This document shows, piece after piece, positions 1 through 15,184 of a DNA stretch of 64,000 nt (positions are counted from its first letter, which is position 1; the number at the start of each line of letters is the position of its first letter). The notes under the pieces are model-generated. The model saw only the letters and a program-made list of their open reading frames with translations, ran no database searches and had not been told where the DNA came from. This DNA comes from the human T2T-CHM13v2.0 reference genome, Homo sapiens. The stretch lies in assembly GCF_009914755.1 (NCBI RefSeq), contig NC_060940.1. One strand, given 5' to 3'. A program made the position numbers and the translations under genes.

Positions 1-274
1 GTGTGCATATGAGGGCAGAGAGGATCTATAATAATAACCAACTTAAGAAAACAAGCAGGCTCGCTCTTTATACTCCCAGTTGTAATTTTGTGAGCACCTA
101 GTGAATCTAGAAGCAGAGCGATAAAGGATCATGGTGACTTAGAGGAGTGGGCAAGAAAGGATTCACCTCCAGGCTATTTTGGCTAGTCCTGCAGAGACAG
201 GGGCATAGATTCAGGCCACCTGTGGGCACTCATGGGTTTCTTTGCATGTAGTGTTAGTCTTGATGGAGAGTGGA

Positions 275-642
275 TGTATTAGTCTGTTCTCACGTTGCGT
301 TGCTTATAAAGACATACCCAAGACTGGGTCATGTATAAAGGAGAGAGATTTAATGGACTCACAGTTCAGCATGGCTGGGGAGGCCTCACAATCATGGCAG
401 AAGGCAAAGGAGAAGCAAAGGCGGATCTTACACGGCAGCAGACAAGAGCGTGAGAGGTAGCAGGTGGAACCCCAGAGTCTTATAAAACCACCAGATCTCG
501 TGAGAACTCACTATCATGAGAACAGTATGGGGGAAACTGCCCCCATGATTTAATTATCTCCACCTGGTCCCACCCTTGACACATGGGGATTATTACAGTT
601 CAAGGTGAGATTTGGGTGGGGATACATAGCCAAACCATATCA
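275..642 (-). mobile_element. THE1/MST-type MaLR solo LTR
   Basis: Starts tgtattagtctgttctcac and ends gagatttgggtgggga...caaaccatatca (reverse of the THE1/MST consensus start). Near-identical 5-bp flanks gtgga/gtggg. Confidence 0.9.
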
Positions 643-649
643 GTGGGGG

Positions 650-1315
<666 letters not shown>

Positions 1316-1995
1316 TGGAGAATATGATAACCTTTCGCTGAAGAAACTCAACTACTAGCACATGTTTCCAAACTGATTACATATGTCCTATTCTATTACA
1401 TCATTAGGTTTCGGTCTAAAATCCCCCCTACCCCCAAGGGAACTCAGGAGAGGAGACCCTCAGAACACCCATGTCCTTCCATCTCATCTCCATTAAGCCT
1501 TACTCCAAAACACAAATGACCAAACAGAAGACGCTGCCAGATCTTTATCCGCTTACTCTAAAGAAAGTCTTGCTAATGTGTGCAGCTGTCCAAAGATAGA
1601 GGACTGCCTCAGGAGGCAGCCAGGTTTCCATCTCTGGAAGCAGTCAAGTAGAGGTGAGCTAGCAATTTAGTAGAAAAAGCAGACGGCTGTGGCTGAGATT
1701 TATCCACAGACACAAGGAACGGCGACTTGAGGAGGCCAGCTGACAGGAGCAGCTGAAAAATATTTTATTTCAGTGATTCAGAGTTTAACTACTTCTGAGA
1801 GGCTAGTCACGGCAAAGACTAATCAGACTTAATACGTAAAACATAACCCAGAAACATGCAAACAATAACAGACCATTATCCCAAAGCTGATTGATAGCAG
1901 GGACATCACAAGAGGCCGGGAGCGCCAGAGACCGGGCTTGACTTGGCTGGCTGCTCGCGTCCAGCGAACGGAAGAATTCTAAAAACAGTGAGATA

Positions 1996-2273
1996 GACCG
2001 GACACAGTGGCTTACGCCTGTAATCCCAGAGCTTTGGGAGGCCAAGGTGGGTGGATCACGAGGTCAGGGGTTCAAGACCAGCCTGGCCAACGTGGTGAAA
2101 CCCTGTCTCTACTAAAAATACAAAAAAAATAGCCAGGCGTGGTGGCGGGCACCTGTAATCCCAGCTACTCAGGAGGCCGAGGCAGGAGGCAGAGGTTGCA
2201 CTGAGCTGAGACTATGCCACTGCACTCCAGCCTGGGTGACAGAGCGAAGAGTCCATCTCAAAAAAAAAAAAAG
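1996..2273 (+). mobile_element. Alu (S-type) with ~20-bp deletion in the right arm
   Basis: Alu consensus; ggcaggaggcagaggttgca lacks the agaatcgcttgaacc segment; TSD agtgagata on both sides. Confidence 0.95.
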
Positions 2274-4529
2274 TGAGATAAACCCTTAACCACTGAAGGG
2301 AAGTTCTTACTTCTAGAAGCCGCTGCTGTCCTTCCTGACATCAGTTCCCACCATTTCACACTGTCACAGTGCCCTCCTTTGAAACACTTACTATGATTAT
2401 CATCTTATAATTTTCCCTGCAGTCCTTCAGTGTTTGTCTCAGACATAGGACTGTAAACACTGTGCAGGCAGGTGCTGTATCCTCTTTGCTATAGCTGTCA
2501 TTTTTGTGTTTTCTTACCATGGCCTCCCAGTTCATGTCTTTATGTTTGTCAAATGACCAAACAAATGAATAAGCCCAAACTCCACGGTGTTTGAAATAAA
2601 CTGTGCGGCAAACCTCCCCCGCCAGTCACTACGGATATATCATCATGAAAGTGTCCTCAGGCTTGAAAATCAAACATATGCCTCTCTTAGAGACCATTAT
2701 CTCTTCCTGAAATTTAGCAGGTTAATGAAGGTGGCCAGTATTTATTCCATTTCTTGGGGCTATGGAGTCTTTTCTTATCTGCAAATGACTTAAAAATATC
2801 ACTCAGACATCCTGAAACATTTTAGAGGTTTTATTAGGTTTCTTATTAAAGAGACAGTGAGCAAAACTGGTTTTGCCTGTATGGTTTCCAGCAACCACAT
2901 GTGTATAAGCAAAGTCTGAAACTGGAACTGTTGGGTGAATTTTAGAAGAAATGTGACTACGGTAGGTTAAATATCACTTTGCACTGGTGGCACAGTGAGT
3001 GGCAATTATTAATCCTTAATTATGTGGAAATCTAAAGATCAACACCCTTTAATCAACTGTCTAGTGGTTTCTAATAAGTATGTGGACTACAGTTATTGTA
3101 TTTGTTGGAGAAAAAAATCAGTAAATGGTGCTTTGCACTCTGCTGCCACTTATGGCCAAGTCCATTTTCTCCAAACTTTTTGAGGATAAAAAAGTTTACA
3201 AAACAGTAATTTTTTAAAATAGGGTTTTGTTTTTTTTTTCTCCTTGGCCTAGGTTAAATTTGCCTTCTCTTTACAGTGAGCTTTAGCTAATAGCATCATT
3301 AACTTGGTTACACACCCATTTGGCAGGGGAACAGGTGGGCAGCACAGAGATAATGGTGCTAAAATGAAGAGAGTAGCAAAAAAGGAATTGTTCAAAGGTC
3401 CCCCAATGACTAAACAATTACTCTCTTTGTAGTTTATATTTTAGATCAAGTAGCATTTACCCTAGACTGCGTATTTTGTCTCGGAATCTCATCTGCCTCT
3501 TCTGGCTGTGTGTCAATCCCCTTCTCCGCGATGAAATTTCATCTCTCCTGGAACTCTTTGGTGAGCAGAAGCTTCTGGTCTCTGGCCAAATGAACAAGGC
3601 TTGGACTCTGTGCTCCTCATCCTGCACCCAGCCCTGATTTCCAAACACAATATCCTTTTCCTGATAGCCTGTTGCACCCCATTGTGTCTCTCTCCACACT
3701 CATTCAGAGGTTTTAACTCCTTCTCCTAATACCCAAGGGTGCAGATGAGATGGCCTCCCACTTAAAGTGGATTTCCAATTTTCAGAGGACATTATTCAGT
3801 TCCACATGCACATATCCTCACAACTTTTGCATGTCTATTATGATAAAGTAACAGAGCACTCCTGTGAAGCCAAGTCCAGGCCCTCTGCCCCTGTATGCTG
3901 GAGGGTTAGAAATTGATTAAATTCTAGTATCTAATTGGGAGTTTGCAGGTTCGGAGACCACACATGGTCCATACATCACTGAGATGATCCAGTAACTATG
4001 ATGGATATATATGTTTACATGCATGTGATAATACAGGCACCCAAGGCCTGAAAAAATATGAGTTTTTGTTGAGACAAAAGGAGCAAATCACAGATTGGGG
4101 GCTGCTCCTGAAAATACAAGGTGATAAAAGTGTCATAAATGTGGACCAATGTCAAGGTTCCGTGCAACTAGAAATGGTCCCCAAAATCCGGCCAAAGAAG
4201 AATATCAAATTGTGAGAAGGCCTATTCCTGTGATCTCCCTAGGAAAAAGAGTTTTGACTCTAATACTCAGCTTGCTGTGCCTCATCGAGGTCTCTATCTA
4301 CACTAAGAGGGGATCTTTATCTCCAGCTCCTTTCTCAAGATGGTGAGTGCATTTATTGAGTATGCTGAAGTTCATGCTCTGGAAGGAGAATTTGATTCAT
4401 GTTACTCCACAAACTGAAATAAATAAGCAAAATAGAGAATAGCAGTGGGCTTTGAGTCTAAGCTTCACTGCTAACAGTGAAGACAGGAACCACCAACTTC
4501 AGCTTCACCTGGGATTCTGCAGCAGTGCA

Positions 4530-4600
4530 CACTCTTGGGATCCACCCCAGACTTACTGAATCAGAATCTGCATTTTTATGAAGACCTCCATTCAGAAAGC
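4530..4600. mobile_element. MER5-type hAT DNA transposon fragment
   Basis: Hallmark ccccagacttactgaatcagaatctgcatttt. Confidence 0.6.
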
Positions 4601-5068
4601 ATTGCTGATCATCTGTGACCCAGGTAGGGGAGGCTACAAGTCACTTCTAGCTCACATTTCAGCCCCTAGAATGTGGCTCTATGAGGTAATGGCTTTTCTT
4701 TACTCTAGTAACCCCTCAATAAATATGTTTGGAGTGAATAAATGGGTATTCCTGAGACTCTTGTCCCCCAAGGTCTATATGCACTGGACTGTCCACTCCT
4801 GGCTTCAGGAACTATGTTTCTAAGTCTTAAAGTTTGCTTACAAGTTGTCAGCTTCTTCTATGTCTAGCCTCTAAGTTCTAATGTTTTTAGGCTAACCTCA
4901 AGATTAGCAGCATTTTATAGCTCGGATGTGAACTCTAGGACAAACCTTTGCTTTTGCCTTTGCCCTGTGCATTTTTAAACCGCTGTTAATAGCAAGAATC
5001 ATTTCCAGTTTGCTATCAGAAGCCCAAAATGCAGAGCCAGGACAGATACTGTTTAATATTTTTTTAAT

Positions 5069-5206
5069 TTCCCCCTGACAGAGCCACGATCCAGCCTGTG
5101 TAACACTATTGAACTTCCCCCTGACAGAGCCGTGACCCAGCCTGTGTAACACTGTGTACACAATAGAGCCATGACCCAGCCGATGTAACAGTATTAAACA
5201 TCCCCC
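5069..5206. repeat. Imperfect tandem repeat, about 3 copies of a ~46-bp unit
   Basis: ttccccctgacagagcc..ga.ccagcctgtgtaacact at 5069 and 5115; partial third copy agagccatgacccagccgatgtaaca at 5165. Confidence 0.9.
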
Positions 5207-5774
5207 AGCCAGCATTAACTCCAATCTTGACTGTGACTGCTTTGTCCCAAATATCAGTGAAAACAGAATATAAAATAGACTCTTTTGCTTCCTCAGTAAC
5301 ACTTTTCAAAGTAGAGTGGATGTTTCTCTTTTTAGTCTGACTTAGCTTTACTGCAAGCAATCATAAAACAAAACAAAAACAATATTGAAAGGGAGGCTGG
5401 GGATGTGAAAAGTGAAAAATATTCAGGGCAACTTTAATGGTCTTTTCACCATCTTTATTTAATGTTCAGGGTGCATGGGAATCTCGGAAACAGGACAGTC
5501 ATTACTTTTAGCTCAACCTTCTCTACTGGGTGAGAGGCCTCTTTACCTAACCTCCTGTCCAGATCTGGAGTTCAGCCTCCCCCAGTATTGGCCAGCCCTG
5601 CCCTCCTGAAGGCCCATTTCCTGTGTCCCTGACACCCCTCACACAGGCTTGTCACCTTCACATACTGTCTCCTCCCAAGTACAAGCACTCATTTACCATC
5701 ACCCTCACTTCTTCACATTCCATCAAAATGTGTCTTTACTTTCCCATTTGTCCCCAGCTAGGAGACACAGTAAC

Positions 5775-5950
5775 CCAATAGAAAAAGTGTGGACTTTGGA
5801 GTATGATAGCAGTGATTTAAAATCCCAGCCCTAACTCTTGATTGTCTAAAGACTTTCAGTAATTCATTGAGCATCTTTATAACTCCACTTCATCTTCTGT
5901 AGAATGGAAACAATAGGATAGCGAAGAACCACATAGTGTTGTTTTTCAGG
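5775..5950 (+). mobile_element. MIR SINE relic
   Basis: Degenerate MIR core ggactttggag...aaatcccagc...cttcatcttctgtagaatgg. Confidence 0.55.
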
Positions 5951-5954
5951 TTTA

Positions 5955-6330
<376 letters not shown>

Positions 6331-6346
6331 TTATTTACCATGCCCT

Positions 6347-6935
6347 CATAAACCAAAAATAAAATTCTAAGGCCCCCCAACCATCGGAATGGACTGGACC
6401 CCTCCTGTTGGCCAAAGGCATTCTGGAGTTAACCTGAAAATCCAGTTTAGATCGTGATGGAAGAGGGGGTTGGACATGACTCCTTATACCCCTCCAGCAT
6501 TAATGTCAACACAGATGTTAAGTCCTATAAGAAACAGACCTTAAGTCCTATAAGAAATATTTACGATCTGTTCTCTCTGAAGCCTGCTACCTGGAGGCTT
6601 CGTCTGCATGATAAAACCTTGGCCTCCACAACCCCTTATGGAAACCTAGACATTCCTTTCTACTAATAAGAACTCTTTCAATCAATTGCCAATCCGAAAA
6701 TTTTTAAATCCACCTATGTTCTGAAAGTCTCCCCTCCATCAAACCAATGTAAATCTTACATGTAATGATTGATGTCTCATGTCTCCCTGAAATGTACAAA
6801 AGTGAGCTGTACCCTGACCACCTTGGGCACATGTTGTCAGAACCTCCCTAGGCTATGTCAGGGGCATGTCCTTAACCTTGGAAAAATAAACTTTCTAAAT
6901 TGACTGGGGCCTATTTCAGTTATTTGGGGGTTCCT
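6347..6935 (+). mobile_element. MER4-group ERV1 solo LTR
   Basis: Start aaaccaaaaataaaattctaaggccccccaacc; 3' part ctgaccaccttgggcacatgttgtcagaacctcc...aaataaactttctaaattg. Confidence 0.85.
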
Positions 6936-7149
6936 GAGGAGTCTACAAATCAGGCCAGCCTAGAACGGGGATGAGAGGATTCCAGGAGCCCACATCACCT
7001 TATATGTGAGATTAGACCCAATCTTTTATCTCTCCGACTGTCACAGAAAACGCACAAAAACAAGACATCTTGAAAACCAGTAAGTGGAATTTGAAAGCCT
7101 AGAATAAAAAATTTATTATAGAGAAAAAAAGACACTGATTTTCGAGACA

Positions 7150-7295
7150 CTGGCAATTGAACTCCGCCTCTGACAAGCTGTGTGACCTCAGGCAACTCAC
7201 TTGAGCTTCTGAGCTCCCATTTCCTCATCCGTAGAATGGGGATAGTCATGGCTCCATGCAGAGCAGGCAGTGGGATTAAATAAATGTGTTTAAAC
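7150..7295 (+). mobile_element. MIR SINE
   Basis: Core agctgtgtgacctcaggcaactcacttgagcttctgagctcccatttcctcatccgtagaatggggatag. Confidence 0.8.
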
Positions 7296-8229
7296 ATCGA
7301 AAACAACAGATCCACTCCTAGAGATAAATAAGAGTCTGTCATCTCTGTTGTCTTTTCAAAAAGTGTCAGGGACTGTCAACACAGAGGAGGCGACATCACA
7401 GCCTGCTCCTCAAGCAGAGACAGTGACTCCTGAGCCATCAGCACAGGAGTGATCACTTGAGCTATTCATTATAAATATTCCACAACAATGTCATTTTAAT
7501 GCTCCCAAAAGAGCACCTGTTATTTATGCCACAAATTGGACGCTCTGTGGCATAAATCATCAAGATGCACTTCCCATGTGTCTTAAATGAAGGAATGCCA
7601 TTCCAACCAATAAGGTAAATATTAAACAAAACAAAAACAGACAAAGCACAGAAACACCCCATGCTGTGACTTTAATAGTTGATCAATTGCAGATCAAGAG
7701 CTTTAATTTCTCCTCAGCTTTGGGTTGACAGCAGGCGCCAAGTTCTCACTCTTTTAGAGATGATTACTTTGCTGAAAAACAAAGGCTCCATTCAACAGAC
7801 CTTGGCCAACAAATACATTCAAACCTGGGACTCTCCCAGAGACATATCCAGATAATGAACAGCACCATAACATGGCTAAATGACCCCCACACAAGAGGGC
7901 TGTACTGTGACCATCATCCCACCACACTGCTGTGTTGTGTGACTGACTCTGTTTCTCTGACTAGATCATTAGCTATTTGAGGGTACAGGACTTGTCTGTT
8001 CCAGAATCCAGGCCCAGCCTAGGTATCAGGTAAAAGTTTGCTTAATGAATTTCCTAGGACAAAAAAGTGGTGGTCAAACCAATGTCTGCCTCTCCTGCAG
8101 GCCTGGGATCCACAATTAACATTCCTTTGCTACCATCATGTGAAGGTTACAAATCTCTAATTCTACCAGGCTCTGCTAATTACCACTTTCTCTTTGAGTC
8201 CTCCCCTAATATTTTGCAGAATAACTTGC

Positions 8230-8802
8230 TGAAGCAGCATCTCTGGGGTAAATACCTGGGGTTCATCATCTCGCACCACAAAAATTAAGGACACAGACAC
8301 ATGTGGGTGGGTTAAGGAGCTGAAAGTTTAATAGGCAGAAGAAAGGAGATGGAAGAGCAGCTCCTTGCCAGAGAGAGGCATCTGAAAAGGGGAAAGGCAA
8401 CTGATGGCTGCAGATTTTATAAGAAGGCTTGGGAAGGCAGTGTCTGATTTACCTAGGGCTCAGAGATTGGTTTGACCAGCTGTGACATTTACATAGCATG
8501 TGGAGAAGGCTGGTCACCCCACCCTAATCTTATTATGCAAAAGAGCTTTCCACTTGGCCAGCGCCATCTTATTGGCTCCTTACTGTACATGTGGCTAGCA
8601 AAAAGAGAAGATGGGCACGACTGCTGGCATTCACCTGTGCAACCATCCGGCTCACCTGTTCATGTCTGCAGCCCAATTTTATGGGCTGCTCTTTGTTAGA
8701 AAAGAAAATGATTTGGGGGCTGGTTTTCATTGAAAGGAAAACCTTACTAAGGACTTCTATTTCCTCACTATCTGCCTAAGGATTTTCTTAACTCCTATAT
8801 CA
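8230..8802 (-). mobile_element. ERV1 solo LTR (LTR9/MER61-like)
   Basis: TG...CA termini (tgaagc...tatatca) with a perfect 4-bp TSD ttgc at 8226-8229 and 8803-8806; ggggtaaatacc...ttaaggacacagacac motif. Subfamily uncertain. Confidence 0.8.
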
Positions 8803-8979
8803 TTGCTAATAATAATTGTTGTAACTATAATAACCTGCATTACCTCCAGTCCCACCTAGAACATTTTCTGGATCACACCCATTTCATCTGACAGCATCTG
8901 TGTCCTCAACTGATGATGATGGAGGCATTGCCATCTTCCAATGCTGGGAGAGGATGGGGATACATGGAGATACCATGTC

Positions 8980-9210
8980 CACTGGAGTCAAACAGACCAG
9001 ACTGGAATCATGACTCTACCAGGTAACATCTGAATGGCCTTCAGCAAGTGATTTAACTTCTCCACAAAATGGTATAATAAAATTTGTCTCATAAGCTATT
9101 CATTCATTTTATAAATATTTGTGGAGTGCCTTATTTTCCAGACACTGATATAGGCACTGGGAATTCTGCAGTGAGCAGAACAGACACTATTCCTGATCCT
9201 ATTCTGGTGA
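8980..9210. mobile_element. MIR fragment followed by L2 3' end (opposite orientation)
   Basis: MIR: tggagtcaaacagacc...agcaagtgatttaacttctc. L2 tail: attcattcatt...gagtgcc...aggcactggg. Confidence 0.6.
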
Positions 9211-11648
9211 GGTGCAGAGAGGTAGCCTCTTTGAAAGTTGGTAGTCTATAGGAATAACTCAACAAATATACACTTATTTCATTTGTAATGCCCAGAACTA
9301 TGCTTTGACATAATACCTGCTCCATAAGTAATGAGAAAATAAATTAAGTAATTGCTTCTAAATTAGCCAAAGCCAGATTTAGCATACTTTAAGCAACATG
9401 ATTATTTCTCCTCCTAATTAGGTGTAATTCAGTTCAATTGTCATGGCATGTGTCTTCACAGAGTCAAACCTGTTGGTTTGGGGAATATCAAAAGGAATAG
9501 GTCATATTCTGCTGGGATGGGAGGAAAGTGAGATGTAAACAAATAAATATAAAAACCATGGAATATGCACATGAAAGACCAATGTACAAGGCTATACAGA
9601 GGAAGGAGTGAATGTTCAGGTTAGAGGTGGCCTCCCTGAAGAGATCACATCTGACCAGGCCGGAGTAGTCAGGGCAGGGAAGTTTCGTTACTAGATATTC
9701 AGCTGCACCCTACTCATCTGATACATACTTATTGAATAGCTCTGTGTGTCCAACCCCATGCTGGCTTCTAAAGGTCAAGTTTAAGGCTCTGACCCAAAGT
9801 GTCTGCAGAGGAAGTAGATCTTTCCCAGAGGAGCTGGTGAGGAGCCCTGTGGTGCTCAGAGATTGGTCTGCCCTGAAGTAGTCAGGGAGGGCCCCTTGGA
9901 AGAGGGGCAGGTGAACCCTAAAGAGAGAGCAGCGTTGAAGCAAAGTGGGAGGGGACATGCCCTCAAATGCGGGCCACATTTCCTGCATTTCCTCTTCTGG
10001 CATTTTTTCTCTTAGGCAAGACTTCTTCAAGCATGAACCATCACCCTCTGTGGAAGAATGAGCCAAAGAGAAAAATCACCACTGAGAACAATTATTTTTG
10101 ACTTCAAAGGGCATCTCAGTATCTTCAAAGGGTATCACTTCACACTGGGCAGAAAACAGATGCCAGACCACCTGGTCTGCGGTCACTGGGGGAGTGGGTT
10201 ACCCAACAGGGCAGACCTCAAACTTCTCCAGCAAAGAGAAGCTGTGAGAGGCCCTGTGTGGCCCTAGAGCTGGTGGGAGGCGCAGAGGGTGGTGGTTCCT
10301 GGCTGTCTCTTCTTGCCTGAGTCTATGAATTACAAACTGCCTGCCCACCACCAACAGTCAGTGCTGAGCTAAGCAAAGCGAGCAATCCAGGCCTAGGCTA
10401 AAGTTCGGCTGCTTTCTGCCTTTCTCTACTGGTCAAAGTCCTTTCCACTCACAAGAGCTGCACGTTTAAGAGACATGACAAAAGCCAGGCAGAAGGAGTG
10501 ATGGATGGAGGATCAAAATTGCAAGACAGAACATTGAATAGCCCTAACCTCCTCCAGATCCCTTCTATTTTTCTCCTCCGTCCTCATTGTTTCTGTCAGG
10601 TGTCACTAATAAAATCTTGATGCACACATTATCAACAATAGAGTGAAGTTCAGCAGCCGACAGTCTTGTGAGCCTCTGTGCTCCCAGGAGAAACAGAGAA
10701 AGCCTGAGCTGGTACAGGGAGTGTCCTCTAATGTCTGGCCCTGTGGGAATGACACTCACCAAAGGGGTACATAGAGTGGGTTAAGGGACCTGAGGCCTGC
10801 AGAAAAGGAAAAACCAGGTGTCCATCCCTCTCCTCCTGGAGCATCTTTGCCCCAGTTTCTTCAAATGCTTTCAATTACTCTCCAACTTTGGGCAACCTGC
10901 GCTTGGTCACGTGAAGGGAAATTACTTGATCACTGTTATGGGCTGAATTGTGTCCTCAAAATTAATGGATTGATGCTCTAATCCCCAGGACCTCAGAACA
11001 TGGATCTTGAAGACCCTTGTAGACGGGGACTTCAAAGAGGTGATTAAGTCAAATGAAAGCCATTTGGGTAGGCCCAAATCTAATCTGACTGGTATCCTTA
11101 TAAGAAGAGGAGATCAGGACATAGACACGCACAGATTGAGGGTCTACCATGTAAGGATACAGGGAGAAGGCAGCCACCTGCCACCAAGAAGAGAAGCCTC
11201 AGAAGAAACCCACCCTACTGACACCTTGATCTCACATTTCCAGCCTCCAGGGACTGTCAGAGGCATTTGAACCAGAGTGACTCCATCTTGAATAGGACCT
11301 GGGTAAAATGAGGCTGAGACCTACTGGGCTGCATTCCCAGGAGGTTAGGCATTCTTAGTCACAGGATGAGCTAGGAGGTCAGCACAAAATACAGGTCACG
11401 AAGACCTTGCTGATAAAACAGCATGCGGTAAAGAAGCTGGTGAAATCCCACCAAAACCAAGTTGGCGATAAAAGTGACCTCTAGTTGTCCTCACTGATCA
11501 TTATATAGTAATTATAATGCATTAGCATGCTAAAAGACACTCCCACCAGCACCATGACAGTTTACAAATGCCTTGGCAATGTCAGGAAGTTACCCTATAT
11601 GGTCTAAAAAGGGAGGTGAACCCTTAGGTCTGGGAATTGCCCACCCCT

Positions 11649-11657
11649 TTCCTGGAA
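11649..11657. promoter_or_regulatory. GAS/STAT motif TTCCTGGAA within MER41
   Basis: Matches TTCNNNGAA. The neighbouring tandem site at 11628-11636 reads GTCTGGGAA (degenerate). Motif match only; activity unknown. Confidence 0.5.
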
Positions 11658-11763
11658 AACTCATGAATAACCCTTCCCTTATTTAGCATACAATCAAGAA
11701 ATAACCATAAAAAGAGCCAACCAGCAGCCCATGCTGTTTGTCTGCCTAGAGAGTAGCTATTAC

Positions 11764-12284
<521 letters not shown>

Positions 12285-12307
12285 TAGCCATTCTTTTATT
12301 CCTTTAC

Positions 12308-12606
12308 TTTTTTTTTTCTTTTTTGAGACAGAGTCTCACTCCATTGCCAAGGCTGGAGTGTGTAGTAGCATGATCTTAGCTCACTGCAACCTCTGCCTCC
12401 CGGACTCAAGCGATTCTCCTGCCTCAGCTCCCAAGTAGCTGGGATTACAGGCAACTGCCACCACACCTGGCTAATTTTTGTATTTTGAGTAGAGATGGGG
12501 TTTCACCATGTTGGCTAGGCTGGTCTTGAACTCCTGACCTCAGGTGATCCACCTGCCTTGGCCTCCCAAAGTGCTGAGATTACAGGCATGAGCCACCGCA
12601 CCCAGC
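12308..12606 (-). mobile_element. Alu (Sx-like)
   Basis: Full reverse Alu; TSD ttatt(c/t)ctttacttt. Confidence 0.95.
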
Positions 12607-12951
12607 TTATTTCTTTACTTTTTTAATAAACTTGCTTTCACTTTATGGACGTGCCCCAAATTCTTTGTTGCATGCGATCCAAGAACCCTCTCATGGGGTC
12701 TAGATCAGTACCCCTTTCCAGTAACAGGACTATGAGAAAATAAGTCTGTTGTTTAAGCCACTTACTCTACAGTCCTTTGTGATGGCAGCCTGAGCTGACT
12801 AAGACAGAGTCTACAGTTACATCTGACATAGACAACTTTAAATATGGCACACTCAGACTGACAAGGGGTATACAGGGCCAGAAAGGACCAAGCCCACACA
12901 CGCACACACACAAACACACATGACATGTTCACTCACCCCATTTGTGGTTGA

Positions 12952-13383
<432 letters not shown>

Positions 13384-15184
13384 TAAAATGTTGTCATTTG
13401 CCATTTTGTTGGGTTAGTTTAACAAAAAAATTTTTCTAATCATAGAAAATATTTGCTCACTTTGAGCTAAGTGGTCAAATTGCCCATTTGAGGCAATGGC
13501 TGTTGTAGCTCTAAACCATGAACTTTGTCCTTCAGGGCACAGGGGAGTCTCATAAAAAACCACAGACACAGAGCCACGTTTGCTATCACTGAGCTCAGCT
13601 GTCTCTGAGAGTTCGGGACATGTGTGACATCTGTGGTCCTGCTACGACAATTCCCTGCATCCCTTTGTAACCTGATGCCTTTGTCATACTGAAGCGTTCC
13701 AGCCGGGAGGAAAGGGACTAATTGAAGGCCCAAGGTTTCCATTCCTTCAGGGAGGAAACTCATTTCATGGCTTTCTTCATCTCTGCCTGTCAATCAGCTT
13801 GCATGTGTTGTCAGCCAGCTGAGTGTGGGGCACCAGGGTGGTTGTAGAAAATATAGAAATTTGAAGAAATAAATACCCCACTGGCAACATTATTACAAAT
13901 CACCTCCCCAAAATAACAAGATGTGGGGCAAAAGCGATCATTTCTTCCAGGGAATCCTAAAATGTAATATTCCCTGCACCAACACAGTACCTTACTCTGT
14001 AATGACGAGCTTATGTTCTCTCCTAACTTAGCCCACAATACTTTGGCCTTTATTTCCTGCCTACTGCCTACTTCCTACTTCCTACCTAGTTAATTCTGAT
14101 GGAGCATGTGGGGCACGAAACACACAAGTGCACCAGCTCACAGTTGCACACACCTACCTAAGCTAATTTCCCCACATTGGCTGTGGTCTCAGATATCTCC
14201 ACAACCCCTCCTTCCAATCTTTTCTTCCATTGCCACAGAGCATCTAGTTGAGTACTTGACATTTCCTTTGAATTAAGGCTGCACATTAAGTGGACATTTT
14301 CCCTTAGATGGATGTCTATTTAACCCCTCCTTGTGGCTAATCATGCCAGAGGATGTGATTTCACCTATTCCTTTCACATACACACACACTGCTTGAAATT
14401 TGCCAGCAGGTCCTCAATAAAGAAATAGCCCTGATTGCTCATTAAAAGCAGGAGAGAAAGCAATTAAAATACAAAAGGCAGAGCAAAGCTTAGCGCTCCA
14501 AAGTTGAAAATTGAGCAAGCATTGTGGAAGGTGTGGAATGAGTTCTGGACCAGGTGGGAGGAGGAAAGAGGATTGAGGTCTGTACTCAGTGAAGTCAGTA
14601 AAATCACAAGTGCAACAGACACAGCCTTCCTGGCCTTGGAGGAGAAAGAGAGCAGGCAGCACAGCCCCAGCAGGCCTGGCGCTAAGCATTCAGTGTTTTC
14701 ATTTAATTTTATTTAAATTCAATTATACTCATTTTGTTCATTGAAATGAGCTAGACAAGAAATAATATTTCTTTTTTCTCATTTTTTCTCCTTTCTTTTT
14801 TCTCTGTAAGGCTCACATTCCACTACTAGACAGAGCCAGCTTCGTGAGCATGTGTGCAGGAAAACAGAAGCCACACTTAGAAGGGCTCCACATGGGGTTC
14901 AATGTTCTATTGTTGTCTTGTGACAGAAGTAAAAATAAAATCCTAAGCTCCCCCAACCAACTTAATGGACCCCCTCTCAACCAATGGGACCCCAGAAAAA
15001 CCTTGAAAACTGAACTGCTGGCCATATGGGCTGGGAGGTTGGACATGCCTCATTATGCCCTCTCCCTCGCTAACCACCATTAGGCTCTGTTTCCTAAGGG
15101 CTAACCAGAAACCACCCCTATGGAAAGACTTGTTCCAGTTCTGATTTCAACCAACCTTGTGACTGTCCCTCGCTTTTGTGGTTT

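Noticed and set aside
1910-1980. Small CpG cluster with a CGGAAG ETS core
   Set aside because: Far too short for a CpG island, and no other promoter evidence.
5069-5206. Repeat-spacer-like pattern suggestive of CRISPR
   Set aside because: Eukaryotic context, degenerate units, no unique regular spacers and no cas genes.
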